Source: Fistulifera solaris (taxonomy: Eukaryota). Taken from it: DNA of 64,000 nt. Numbering within the stretch: position 1 is the stretch's first letter; each line of letters opens with the position of its first letter. Below, piece after piece: positions 1 through 12,802 of the stretch. The position numbers and the translations under genes are program-made. The notes under the pieces are model-generated. The model made no database searches and was not told the DNA's origin. It worked only from the letters and a program-made list of their open reading frames with translations. The stretch spans positions 124,001-188,000 of the forward strand of contig AP026130.1 in assembly GCA_030295235.1 (NCBI GenBank), read 5' to 3'.

Positions 1-316
1 CTTGTGACTTCTTATCTTCGTTCATTTTGTAACTTCATTTTTTAGCTATTTATGCTTGTCTTGAATGCACAAGTGCGATGAATTGTCTTACTCTAGAAAT
101 GTTTCTTATACTCCGAGTAAATGCTACGCCGTTAATTCAGTATTTACATTTATGTACATGCTTTCTTACAATATACGTCTCCACTCTTAGCTAAATCGCC
201 CACCGGACAAGTCATTTCGTGTGTGCAACCTGCTTCATCAGTGTCTTACTCATGAGGCTCGATGAATAATAAGTGTTCATGCATTGTCTCCGGGAACCAA
301 AACGACTGAGATACGA

Positions 317-1427
317 TTAAGCACGTGTCTTGAACCGTTTCTTTGGGTCAACACCGGAGTTGTCAAGGATTGTAGCCGATTGGATGCCCACACGTTGCGT
401 GAACCAAACCCCGTTGCGGGTGGGAAAAGACTCGAGACGATGAATGGTATCGAAACCCTGAACCACGGTTCCGAAACATGGATCTCCTTCGTGGGCGAAC
501 GTATTATCGGCTGTATTGAGAAAAAAGTTGGGACTCCCGTCGGCCGTGAAACCCATCGTGTACTTTTGATGCGGGAATTGCGGATGGTATTCTTTGAAGG
601 CGAGCTGATCGAGACCCAAGTCGGCAAACGATTGCGCTTTCACTTTGGCGGAACTGCCATCGTAGGGTAGCGGAGACGCTTTGATGACATTCAAGGCACT
701 CATAATAAACGAACAACCATCAATCAGCTGGTTGGATACCATATCCAGGAACGCTTCGACTGCATGGGGCATGAGTTCACTCGGAGCGAGTTCCATTACG
801 AACTGGTGGGTCCTTTTTGCCATCGGCAAACACCAGTTCGAATTCCACACGATGAACTCCGGTTCCGTACTTTTGGTAAATGCCGGCGAGACTCGCCGCT
901 TGTATTTTCTTCCGCAGTCCGTCGGCTTGCTTTTCAAACTGATCGACGCGGTCTTGCGCTCTCATCATCTGATGCATGGCACGAATGTTCGAGACCTTCA
1001 TGATTTCGTTGCTCGGTGCCGTTTCGGACATCATGTTGATCGCATGGATTTGCCGCTTCAAGCGATTGAGCTCACTTTCCACACTGACCGACTTTTCGTA
1101 GAGCAGTTTCCGGGTGTGTTCCATGGCCAACACTTGTTCGCGGGTGTTTCCTACTACTTGTCGGGAAATATAACCGAAGGCGCATCCTAGGATCAGGCAT
1201 GTCGCAAAGACCCATGAGACTCGCGGACCGGTTTTACGCCGGTAAGGATTCTTGTAGTTTTCGGATGGAGATATTATTGGGACGAAAGGGAGGACTGTTT
1301 CGGCGCTGGGGGATTGTGGATTTGCCATGAAACGAATTTGAGCTGGACTGATGATTCGCTGTGATGCTTCCTCGCAGTCGTGGAAATGCGAATGCAACTC
1401 GAAGGAATCGCTGTCATCGTCGCTCAT
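317..1427 (-). CDS. Membrane-anchored cyclophilin-like (PPIase-fold) protein, copy 1; frameshifted near 805-818
   Basis: ORFs 777..1427 and 317..937 join into N-terminal tail + TM (VSWVFATCLILGCAF) + coiled coil + cyclophilin-like domain (FVMELAP..MPHAVEAFL, HQKYTMGF, PNFFLN, DPCFGTVVQGFD). Colinear with copy 2. Confidence 0.75.
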
Positions 1428-1815
1428 TATTGTGAATGTTTCTTCAAGAACTGATGTGCATTAGGCAATTGATGCACATTTCGATAATAAATCGTTTGTG
1501 AATGAAGTATAGTTGCAGCAAAGCTATTCTCATTTTGCTTCTTTTGTTGGTTGCGTGTGTTGCGTGAGATGTGATGCGCGCGTTTTCGTCGTTGCGTTTT
1601 TGGTCTTGGTCATAATGACTGTATTATGAGCTTCAGTGTAGCATGAATGACCCTTTACCGTGTACGGAAGCTGACAAAACTATAACGCCATCATCACGAC
1701 TTGCAATACCTCTCTTTAATTTAGTTTATAACATTTCCTAACTAAAGATTGTTATTTGAATTCTAAGATACAGACTATGTACAAAAACATGCGCGCAACA
1801 CCATAAACTGGGCGC

Positions 1816-2953
1816 TTAAGCTCGACGACTCTTTTGTCGAAGCTTGGCCGGTTCATCGTTCATGCGGTTCGCTTCTATGATTCGGGCGGACTTGATGCCC
1901 ACACGCTGTGTGAACCAAATTCCATTGCGTGTTGGAGTCAATTCTAGACGTTTTACGGCATCAAAGCCCTGTATGACTTTGGCAAAACACGGGTCTCCTT
2001 CATGCGAATGAGTATTGTCGTCGACGTTGATGAAAAAACTGGGGCTTCCGTCGGCGGTAAAGCCCATAGTGTACTTTTCGTGAGGAAAGCTTTCGCTGTA
2101 TTCCTTGAATGCCAGTTTGTCGAGACCAAAATCGGCAAAGGACTGGGCCTTGTCTTTCGCCGAACTGCCGTCGTACGGTAAGGGAGCGGCTTTGATGAGA
2201 TTTAGCGCATTCATAATGAACGAACATCCGTCCACGAGTTGGTTGGATACCATGTCGAGGAAAGTTTCGACCGAATGAGGCATGAGCTCGCTGGGAGCCA
2301 GCTCAATCACAAATTTGGTCGGTCCGTCGAGACCGTCTTGAAACTCGAGTTCGAATTCAACATGGTGGATTCCGTCCCCATATTTTTTTGATATACCCTC
2401 TAAACTCAACGCCTGTACTCGTTCACGTAACAGCAGAGCTTGCTTGGAGGCTGTATCGACTCGTTTTTGGGCTTTATTCATCTGATGCATAGCGCGAATG
2501 TTGGAGACTTTCATTTCTTCCTTTTCCTGATTGTGATCCTGTGGGGGATGATTTGTGTGGATGGAGTTAATCTTTTTCTTAAGTTCCACGAGGTCATTGG
2601 CGACGCTGGTGACTTTTTTCTTTCAGTAATTGTCGGCTGGTCTCCATGGTGGAGACTTGGGCGGCCGTGCTTTGGATGGTTTGACGCGCCGCGTACCCAC
2701 ACAGGCAGGCAATCAACACGACACCGAGACATATCCACGACGCTCGTTTGGATTGCAGAGAAGCATAGGAAGTAGTATCGGCATGTAAGGAAAAGCTTTC
2801 AATGTCGTCATGATTGGATAAAGCTTGTTTGAACGTCAAAGGACTGTAACTTTGGGATCGTTTGTATAAAAAGCGAGTGTCGCTCTCTTGTTGTATATCG
2901 TTGCTTTGGCTTCGTACGAGTCGAGTCGGTCGGCTTTCCGATGAATTTAACAT
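1816..2953 (-). CDS. Membrane-anchored cyclophilin-like protein, copy 2; frameshifted near 2590-2620
   Basis: ORFs 2594..2953 (TM: WICLGVVLIACLCGYA) and 1816..2589 (MKVSNIRAMHQM, FVIELAPSELMPHSVETFL, DPCFAKVIQGFD); highly similar to copy 1. Confidence 0.75.
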
Positions 2954-3891
2954 CGTCTTTTAATTATTTCCTTGGAAATGCAGTCTTCATTCGTCGATTG
3001 CACAGCAATGGCAGCAGTCGAGTGAGTTGTTGCTTTATTCTTTGTGAATAAAGGAGAAAAGCGCCGAGCGCTTTCTCCTCCGACTTTCTATCAACGGCTT
3101 TCAACGGCGAAATACCGTATCGGCCAACCCAGTAAAAAGTACGGCATACAACATTTCACGACCACGAAATTTGTTTACTATAATAATTCCTGTTCTTGGG
3201 CCTATTTATCTTCTGGAAAAGGATTTCGCCTATAGAAGCTCAGAAGCATTTGAACTTTGAGGTGTTCGGACTTTTTACAAGAGCCATCTTCAGTACAAAG
3301 AGCTAAAGGCCCTTGTCTCACTGGGTCAAAGCTAAAGCTAAGGAGCTCACTTTTTACTTTTTCTCCGATGATTCACATTTCACATTACGCATTACATGCA
3401 CTGTTACGCGGGCCTATTCGAAATATCAATTACTGTAGTCTATCCAGCTGCATCTTAGCTGACGTAAAAACTCAAACCTTGCGTTGGTCGTCGACGCAAG
3501 CTAAGTCGATAATTACGTGCATCCATAGTTCAATAGCAACTGCAAATATCTAGCGTGACCCCACTGTTTTAGACCCCGTCCGGCGAAATTGGGGCCCTTT
3601 TGGGGGTTAAAATTGTTAGAAACTGTGATTGTGAAAGACAGTTTTGTCTCCTAGCGTATAAAACACAACAAAAATTAAACAACATTTTTCCTAATAAAGG
3701 CGAAATCAACCGAGATATGTCGGACGTCTCTAACGCCCGAAAATGGAGCAAAATACGACCATTACGAAATCACAACAAAATGTGAGTGATTATTGAACGC
3801 TGTGGAGAAAACGAAGCAGAAACACCTGTTTATTGATTTCATTTAGTACTGTAGGAGGAACAAAGAATGGTAATGAAGTCGACAATGCTTT

Positions 3892-4803
3892 GTTCAGAAT
3901 CATCTTTGCTGCGACTTTATATGCCCGTAATTATAATTATACTTGCAGTTGAATGACAATAGAAGGATGCGAGAGACGCAAAACGCAACCCTTTATTGTT
4001 CGGTTCATGACTCATGACTCCGGTACAATCCAGTCTTGGCTGGCGTAAACCAACACTCCGTTTTCATAGTGGAAATTCAAGGTGTCTATCCTCGGATTTT
4101 TAAACGTGAAAATAAAAGAAACGATCAACAAGTGGTTCAGAATCATCATTGCTGCGACTTTATATACCCGTTATTTTAATTTTATTCGCAGTTGAATGAC
4201 AATGGACGGATGCGAGAGACGCAAAACGCAACCCTTTGTTGTACGGTTCATGACTCATGACTCCTGTACAATCCAGTCTTGGCTGGCGTAAACCAACACT
4301 CCGTTTCATAGTGGAAATTCAAGGTGTCTATCCTCGGATTTTTAAACGTGAAAATAAAAGAAACGATCAACCAGTGGTTCAGAATCATCATTGCTGCGAC
4401 TTTATATACCCGTTATTTTAATTTTATTCGCAGTTGAATGACAATGGACGGATGCGAGAGACGCAAAACGCAACCCTTTGTTGTTCGGTTCATGACTCAT
4501 GACTACTGTACAATCCAGTCTTGGCTGGCGTAAACCAACACTCCGTTTCATAGTGGAAATTCAAGGTGTCTATCCTCGGATTTTTAAACGTGAAAATAAA
4601 AGAAACGATCAACCAGTGGTTCAGAATCATCATTGCTGCGACTTTATATACCCGTTATTTTAATTTTATTCGCAGTTGAATGACAATGGACGGATGCGAG
4701 AGACGCAAAACGCAACCCTTTGTTGTTCGGTTCACGACTCATGACTACTGTACAATCAAGTCTTGACCGGTGTAAGCTAACACCCCGCGTCATATTGAAA
4801 TTT
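3892..4803. repeat. Tandem repeat, 242-243 bp unit, about 3.75 copies
   Basis: Unit start GTTCAGAATCATC recurs at 3892, 4135, 4377 and 4619. Internal copies are near-identical; the outer ends are more diverged. Confidence 0.97.
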
Positions 4804-4914
4804 ATAGATTAACGAAAAAAAATGGCTAGAATGTACCATGACCTCATTTTTTTTAAGAAATGGAAGCTGTCCTGCGTTACCTCTACCGCAATCGCAAACA
4901 TTTGAAAGCAGAAG

Positions 4915-7900
4915 CTACTGCTTGTTCTTCGATTTCTTGCGTGCCGACTTATTCTGCTTCGCCAGCTTGCTCGCGCCGGCTGTTGATATTTTTACATCGG
5001 CACAAATTGTTTGAACCATATCGTTGTCGGGAATCTTCTTGATGTACTCTTTGAATCGATCGTGGCTAGCTATTCCTTTGTTTTGATCATCCCGCAAGAA
5101 TATTTCCTGGCATTGTTTGCTAGCCTTTCCTCGTTTCATGGCACCAGGTGTCAACTTGATCCGATAGGTATATTGCGAAAGCGTCTGATACGGTGCCAGC
5201 ACAGGAACCGCATAGAGAATCATGTCCTCGGGATGTGGCTTTCCAGTCAATTTTCCTAGTTCTTGCAAATCGTCCAAAGCCATGTCCTCCTGATCAAGAT
5301 CTACAACGCCTTCCTCGGCCAGTGTCTGCTTCCATTCTTTCACAGCAGCAACCTTCTCCTCTTTTGTTTTGCGTTTCGCCGCGGTTGCGTCATTTTCGTC
5401 ATCCATCTTTATATTTTCGTGGCCAAACTTCTTTATAGTACGAATAATTCCACCTAAGCTGGCCGAGAAGTGGTCAACACGGCTTGTCCGCTTCAGATTC
5501 AGTAATCGACGCGCCGCCATGGTTTGTGCTTCGATAGTGAGCGAATGTAGCTGCTCGAGCGTATCTCCGTCAAATTTATCCCAACGAACAACCTTATCCT
5601 CGTCTTCTCCAACAGTCACACATTCTGCCAGTAAATCACGAACGTTATCCTCCAGCTTGAGGGCGATTTCTTGAGGATCTTTGACAAGAAGTGCAACGGT
5701 TTCTGCAGCGACCAGTTGTTCAGTTTCATTCTTTGAACTAACTTTTTTCTTGGATTGGTTCTTCTTATTCTTTTTACCTTGCAGCGCAACCATTGCCAAT
5801 TCACGGTCTTCGTCATCTTGATCGGCGTACTTGAGCATTTTCTTTTCGCCTTTCCTCTTTGTCCTCGTTTCGCAGTAAACTTGTCGTTTGGTATGTTCGT
5901 CTTTTCGCTCGCAGAATTCGATGTCGGTGCGCTGGGACGCTGCTCTTGCTTCTTTTGATTTAATACACGCTGCGCCTCTTCCAACGATGAATATTTTTTC
6001 AAAAGTTTCCGTTCCTTGACCGACAGTCCGCGCTTAGGTTGTGTTTTTCCGCCAGCACTCACATCATGATCCTGCCTGTCTTCATCATTGCCGTGGCTAT
6101 CGTTGCCGTCACTCTCGATGTTCTCTTCTTTTCATCGTTATCGACATTGCTCGACACGCTACTGTCCTCCGCGTTAGCTTCGTCGCCTTCTGCGGTTTCG
6201 CCTTGCTCCTCACCCAACCGTTCCAATTCAGTTTCATTAGTGCCGCTATCAATGATAAGGTTATCCATTGCCATCGTGACGGATCCATTATTTGGTTGGT
6301 CTTCCAACAACGCCAACGCGAAGTGATCTTTTCGCTCGTTAGCGTGCCTTGCCAAGGTGTCTGGATCGTCATCTCCCAACCGAAATAAAATTCCCAATCC
6401 CAATTCCAGCGACGCTGGCTTCAAGTAGTTTTTCTTTCCGCGAATCATGAAAGAACCCGTCGTCAAGTATTCTCCCGATGGTGCTGTTTTGGAAACTTGG
6501 TGCGAGTACACCCACCAAGCCGAGGTAATCATTTTCTTTTTCCACGCAACGGATTGGCAGACTGTCCAATGACCAGCTTCGGACAAAGCCTGCGGACTAA
6601 TACCATTCGTTGCAGTGGTGGCTGCGGCTGGCAAAGATGCAGCTTTACCACGCACAATGCAGGAAGCTGCTCCGGCCACGTCGGCATGCAAGTATAAATC
6701 TTGCTTTCGGAGATAGCGCTTGACCAGCAATTCGTTCTGCTGTGCGTCCTTACCGCCCAAAACCAGGTAATTATCGGATGTAATGAACCATAGAAACTTC
6801 TCATACCAAGCTTTCTTGTGCTGTTGTTTAGTCAGAGCGCGGACGGTTTGGTACTGTTGCTGTTGAAACTGCTGTTGTGCTTGCTGCTGCGCTGCCTGTA
6901 AAGCCTGCTCTGTCTTTTCGAGAGTCTTGGCAGCTTTCTCCTTGGCAGCGCGGTATTGTGCAAACATGCGATTTGCGTTACTGTGCGCCGTTTCGGACAA
7001 CTCCAAAGTCACCTTGATAGTTTCATCGTCGTCTTCCAGAGTGTCCGACGGCAATTTCAGTACCATGGTGTTGTCGTTCAAATGCAAGTGATGAATCAAT
7101 AGTGCAACAAGATTCTGATTTTCCTGTTCAACGCGAACAATTTCGTTCAGCTGATCCCAATCCATACCACTGTTCAAGGCAGAATTGACCACCTGTAATG
7201 CTTGTTCCACCATGACTGCGTGTTGCTGCACCGCGCGAGCCTGTTTTTGCCATTGTTCGGCTGCCACTTGCAGCGACTGAACACGATCCGTTTGATCTTG
7301 TTCGAGTTTCTGCAGCTTGTTCTGCATCGCTAATCGAGCTGACTTTAATTTGGCTTGATGCTTTTGTTGCCAGAGTTGTCCAAAGAATAAGTCGACCGCT
7401 TCCGAGAACGAAGCGCACTCCTGCACCAATTTCTGTGATTGTTCTTGATGCTGTCGAAACAAGTACGGCTGAAACTCTAAATAGATTTTCGCTGGTTCGC
7501 TGCGATTGTCCTTGTCGTCATTATTGGAAGTCTCAGTCTGGTGACTACCGCCCTCGTCGTCGTCCAGGCGGTACAGGAGATATCCTGCTTGTGGTGATGT
7601 TTGTTGCAGTGATTCCATAATTCTTGTTCCCTCTTTTCCAGTGTCTCAATCAAATGGAAACATTCAATTTTCTCTAAAGGTAACATGTGCTGCGGCGACA
7701 CGCCTGCCTGCAACAGGCAATGCTCGATCAAAGCCGGCCCGTAATGAGAATAGCCCGAGGAATGTTGCAGCAGCAGCCACTTCCAATTCTTTTGTTTTTG
7801 CTTTTTGTTCTTTTTCTTATTACTTTGATCCGTCGGTACTGCATCTTTTAATTGCTCCTGCATCCACGCATCAATTCGATCCCATTCGTTCGATGACAAG

Positions 7901-8520
7901 ACGCCTTCTTTCTTGGAAGTAGCAGAAGTTGCAGTTGTGCTGGCTGTCGACGTTGTCGTCGTTGCCAGCGTCACCGGGTACACGTGCCCTACCTGCACTT
8001 GCACCGTGGTAGTTGTGATAGATGGCTGTTCTGCTATAGGTGACGACGTGTCACTGCTCAGTAAATAGGTATGACTTCGCAATAGCGCCAAAATTTCCCA
8101 ATTGTTCTTAGCATCACAAAGTATGAGATTGCCCTGCGCATAGAGCTCCAAAATGAGTCCATACTTTCCCTTCTCGGGTGCCGCAAAGGTCATACAAATG
8201 ACGCGTTCGTTCGAGGCACCCAACTGCATAAGTTGTTCGAGTCGCAATCCTCGCACGTGTTTGCGCAATTTCGCACAAAACGGACTCGGTGCGGTCGTAT
8301 TCGTATTCCGTCCCGTCGACGATACATGCACACGAATGCCGCTTTCGAGCACTAGCAACTCATTCGCTTTGTGTTGTTCGAATTTGATCCAGTACAAACT
8401 ACCATTCGTGTCATCGTTGTAAACATTCACGACGCGTTGACCGACGAGGGATTGCAATTCGGCTACCATGGCGGTCACATCCAAGCCATCAAAGCGGACT
8501 TTGGTAGCGTTAGTTGTCAT
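4915..8520 (-). CDS. NEMF: Ribosome quality-control subunit NEMF/Rqc2 (NFACT-N, NFACT-R, NFACT-C); three apparent 1-nt frameshifts
   Basis: KVRFDGLDV, LVLESGIRVH, PSPFCAKLRKHVR, LILELYAQGN, WYEKFLWFITSDNYLVLGGKDAQQNELLVKRY, QVSKTAPSGEYLTTGSFMIRGKKN, LTGKPHPED..YAVPVLAPY..KLTPG..KRGKA. Adding one A at about 7635, 6130 and 5845 restores the frame. Confidence 0.93.
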
Positions 8521-9756
8521 TGTTGTTGATTGTTTTCTATGTCAAGGGAAAAATGTAAAAGAGATGAGTGTTGTTATTTATACAATGTGACAACAAGAAA
8601 GAATACAATGAAATGGCTTGCATCGCAATGCGCACGGTTGATGGAAAATGGTGCTCGGAATGAGTCAGTCAGGGTTCGGGTTTAGTAAAGAACACTATGA
8701 GCCCACAGTTCGATACGTTACTCAGAGTATAACCCGGTACGACTAGGTTGAGTCAATAGTCCGGACCTTCGTGGATCGAAACTTTGTAGACCTCTAGAGA
8801 GACTCTAGACCTAGATGATGCTAGATTTGAATTTGACAAAGAATTATAACTGCGGTCTTACTAAGCTCGTTACTCGTAACGAAAAATCGAGAATCTCCAA
8901 CCAATCAACAATCAACAATGGCATCTAGTCCACCGTACACGTTCGAAGCTACTCAACACTCAACTCTCCTAATCCCTTAAAAACGCATAAAACATTAACG
9001 AATAAAGAGTAACGACGGATGGCAATTGGAAAGGCAAAGGAAGCGGGAATTAGGAAGTATGTCGTTGGGTGTTGTTCCTTGCGACTGCGCATGTACAATG
9101 TAGACAGCGTTGTGATGATTGTGAGTACCCTGTACGGAGTACACCGTAAAAGATACACTCTTTGTTGAGGGGTCGTTCCAAATTCCAATTTTCGTCGCCG
9201 AGCCAATTCGCAAATCCCGCGTTTCTGAGAGATCTGAGATGTCTATTTTTCGGGGAAAAACACTATGGCAACGCATGAGCATAGAATTCCTTAAGGAAAA
9301 TAAACAGTAGATTTAACTTCATTGGATATTAGCCCGGAATCGGTCATCGTTGTTGTCTATTATATCATTGCTTGTTGCCTTTAGTCTTTAGTCCAATGTC
9401 TGCAGTAATATCTATTCTCTAAGTCTCTACTGGTAACTGGTAACTGCTAACTGCTAACCCGTGCCCAAATACAAGTCTGTATTATCACAAGTCACAAGTC
9501 TACCTCTATACTTGTCTCGAGTCTTCGAAGAAAAGTATCAGAAGAAGGATGCCCGTGTTCGGTGGCCTATGCTCTATCCTTTATTCATGTTCCAGATCCC
9601 TACTATTCGGCAGCCTTTATAGTCTTGACGGCTTTACCGTTTTTCATTGACCAAGCAGCATTAAGCATTACCCAGATCACGGATTGGCCGAATACTCGCC
9701 TCCATTTTTTGTTATTCTCCCACAAAACCTACAACGAGCAAACACAGCAGACCCGC

Positions 9757-10293
9757 ATGATGAAATTTCTAGTTGTGCTTTCAACTCTTGCATTTGTCTC
9801 TGCACAACTGGATGTGGCCCCGCAAATGGTCGTCTATTTTGTCAACGAGAAAGCCCATCCTACCACTTGTCCCGAGAGCGACCTGCTCTACATTGATAGC
9901 CGAATGCTTGCGAACCTTGATGCGACTCTCCAAGCGAACAACTACGAGTCACCCAACTGGTCCGTCACCTCCACCACCACAGTTCGACACCTCGAAGCTG
10001 ACATTGCATCCGTCACCACCACTACAACTGCTAGGTTGTCGAACTGCGATTTCTGTCGACGCCACTACCCACGCAGTCTATGCAATGGCATGTTCCACTG
10101 CGGATTTCGTCGCCACCTTCGTCAGAATCGAGCTTCTGGTGAAGCTCGAGCGTTAGAGTCCAATGCTGATCTGGCATCGAGTGTAGTCACTGATTGTCAA
10201 GAGATCATCAAGGAAATTATGGGTGACAGAGTCCTCAGTCGCACTTGTCGAATCGCTCTTAAAGGGGCAACTTGTCATGTCGAGTTTGTCTAA
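9757..10293 (+). CDS. Small secreted cysteine-containing protein with RxL motifs (178 aa)
   Basis: ATG at 9757; signal peptide MMKFLVVLSTLAFVSA; 8 Cys; motifs VRHLE, RRHLR and ARALE. Confidence 0.75.
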   Translation: MMKFLVVLSTLAFVSAQLDVAPQMVVYFVNEKAHPTTCPESDLLYIDSRMLANLDATLQANNYESPNWSVTSTTTVRHLEADIASVTTTTTARLSNCDFCRRHYPRSLCNGMFHCGFRRHLRQNRASGEARALESNADLASSVVTDCQEIIKEIMGDRVLSRTCRIALKGATCHVEFV

Positions 10294-10940
10294 CGTTGGC
10301 CGCCATTTCATGATTTGCACACTGGTCTGCGAAGTCTCACTTCGTGTATAATTTGCGCGAACTCATAAAGCAGCTTCATAAACCGTTTATTTACAACTTT
10401 TGTTGATTCACATGTTGTGCTCGGTTCGTTTTGTGTTCATCATTGTCTTTCTTCGACGAGAATGATAATACTCCGTAATTACTCCGTATCAGGTAGGCTG
10501 GTGCGTCGTCCGCGTATTGCCTTTACTGTTGACCAAAGTGTAGGTTCCTGTTTTTACCACGACTGCCTTTTCAGTCATGAACTAAACGAACTACGGAGTA
10601 CGGTACTGCTCTATTTCCTTGCCGCTGAACTCTGAAAGTGTTATGCAATACGATGCAATACGAAGCTTGGTAAAGTGTAAAGTCCAAATAATGACCTTTG
10701 CCCCACGCAAATAATGCTTGCGGACCTCTACGTGCCGGAATAGAGTACTATAGGACAAAAGTGTTGGTTTGACGTAGATAGAGGACCTCACCACAGTCGT
10801 GATTCCTGATTCACGTACGCGTAAAGATGCTTCATACACGCAAATAATGACAGAAGAAACAGCGCGCTGTTACTATTATACTGAATGATTGTATTTATTG
10901 CCATTGCAGTTACTTGATTGACTACAAGTCTTTTTTATAA

Positions 10941-12658
10941 ATGACAAATCGATCGTCCCGACAGCATCGAAGAATTGTTCGCAATGTCCTTTTACTAGCG
11001 TGTCTGTTACTCGCCCTCGGCATGCTCTCCCTACCGTCCATTTGGCAAGCCTTGCAACGACATGAACCCAGTGCTCGCATCTTTCGTGCGTTCCTTGAAA
11101 TTCAATTGATATTGTTTGGAACAGCCTGTTCCTTGTATCTGTGGTCACGGACGATTGGAACCAAATGGATCGGACGACTCTTGTTTTATTCATCTACAAA
11201 TGATGACTATGCCTTGTATGCACGATTTCAAAATAAAGAGGACGATAGCAACAACCATTACCGAGATGACGAGGATTCCGATTTCGCACCATTGTTTGTG
11301 GATGAGAATACGCTCGAAGAACTACCCAACAAACAAGGAGAAGAGGTCAACGACGACAAAACTCTGGAGGCCACGGATGATGTCACCGATCGTTTTAGTT
11401 CCAGCCATGTTCCTACTGCCGCGGATGTTTTTCAGCTTTGCTTGGACAATTTATTGATCATTTTGGTCGTTTTGTTTTTGTTCACTTGGAGTGCTTCGGG
11501 ATATACTTCCCTGTCGAAATGGACGCAATCTATGGCATGGATTGCGGCGCCCACCTTCCGCTCCTAATCTTTCTGTACGGCATGTACGGCGTGATATTTC
11601 ACCAACCACATCTTTGGAATGTACTGGCGTACACGTTGGGAGCCCCTTTGTTTCCCGTCACCTTTCGCGATGGGTTTGTCGGTGATGTATTGACATCCTC
11701 GGTGCGTCCGATGCAAGATATCACTTTTACATTGGTCTATTTACTGTATGGATTGCAAGGATGGTGGTCACAAAGTTATGCGGCCGTGGCGGAGGAGCAG
11801 CGCGAGTCGACGGAACCATCGTCATCGCTGCAAGACACTTTGGATCCGTCCATTTTGTTGCCGGCCTTGGAAAAATCGTGGATCTTGCATACAATATTAT
11901 TGCCCTTTTGTGTCATTGGTCCGCTTTGGTGGCGTTTCCTACAAAATCTACGGCAAGTCATGGATGAAAGAAGACGATGGCCGTATTTAGGAAATGCGTT
12001 CAAATACTTTTTAGCAGCACAAGTGGCGGTGACGGGGGTTTATTATCCCAACTGGCACGGCAGTACGTTATGGTTGACGGCCTTTGTCGTGGCAACACTG
12101 TATCAAATCTACTGGGATATCTTTATGGATTGGGGATTGCTGGAACGGTCGTCTGGTCAATGGAGGCTTCGGTCCGAACGTCTTTACAACAGTCGTGTTC
12201 TGTATTGGTCGATTGCCTCCATCAACATCATTTTACGGTTTTGTTGGACACTGACGTTTATACCACCACAGTACTTGAATCCTGCAGGAATCCTGATTCA
12301 ACAGAATAAGCTAATTATGAGCCCTTTCTTCGCGTCCGCAGAAATTGTACGTCGTACCCTGTGGGGGTGGCTTCGGTTTGAGTATGAAGCGTTAAAAGTC
12401 CAAAAGGACGAAGGGAGAAGGGTAAACGAAGGTGATGAAAGTTACGTCGCTGATGGTCTGGAACTTGCACCCATGGAGAAAATGGACACAGCTGAATCGA
12501 AACCGTCGATCATAGAGTTTACTCGGCACACGCAAGTTAACTCATGGAATGACATGTCCTCTTTGAATGACACACAGGTCTTGTTGGAACTGAGCGTGTA
12601 TGCCGTCACATTTGTAGCACTCTGGTTAGTCGCCGTAGCCCATCGAAGTACGCAATAG
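10941..12658 (+). CDS. EXS-family (ERD1/XPR1/SYG1) multi-pass membrane protein with no visible SPX domain; frameshift near 11560
   Basis: APLFPVTFRDGFVGDVLTS, PLWWRFLQNLRQ, WPYLGNAFKY, YWDIFMDWGL, NIILRFCW, EIVRRTLWGWLRFEYE. Confidence 0.9.
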
Positions 12659-12802
12659 CATCAAAATTTTGTATCGCATTCAGTAACGTTGTCGCTTTTC
12701 TTGTAAATATTTCGACGATATTGTCTGGTCTAAAATGTTTCGATGTGAAGAAAGCTTCCCAGATTGCATTTGAAGGAACGGTCGCAAAGCAAGCAGGTCG
12801 TC

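Noticed and set aside
3892..4803. 5S rRNA, snRNA or C/D snoRNA array (minus strand has ATGATGA next to CTGA)
   Set aside because: No recognisable 5S or U-snRNA sequence. The C- and D-like boxes are adjacent rather than bracketing a guide. Needs an Rfam search.
4915..8520. Programmed ribosomal frameshifting or pseudogenisation of NEMF and other genes
   Set aside because: Breaks fall in homopolymers, go in both directions and share no slippery or stop-codon context. Sequencing error is far simpler.
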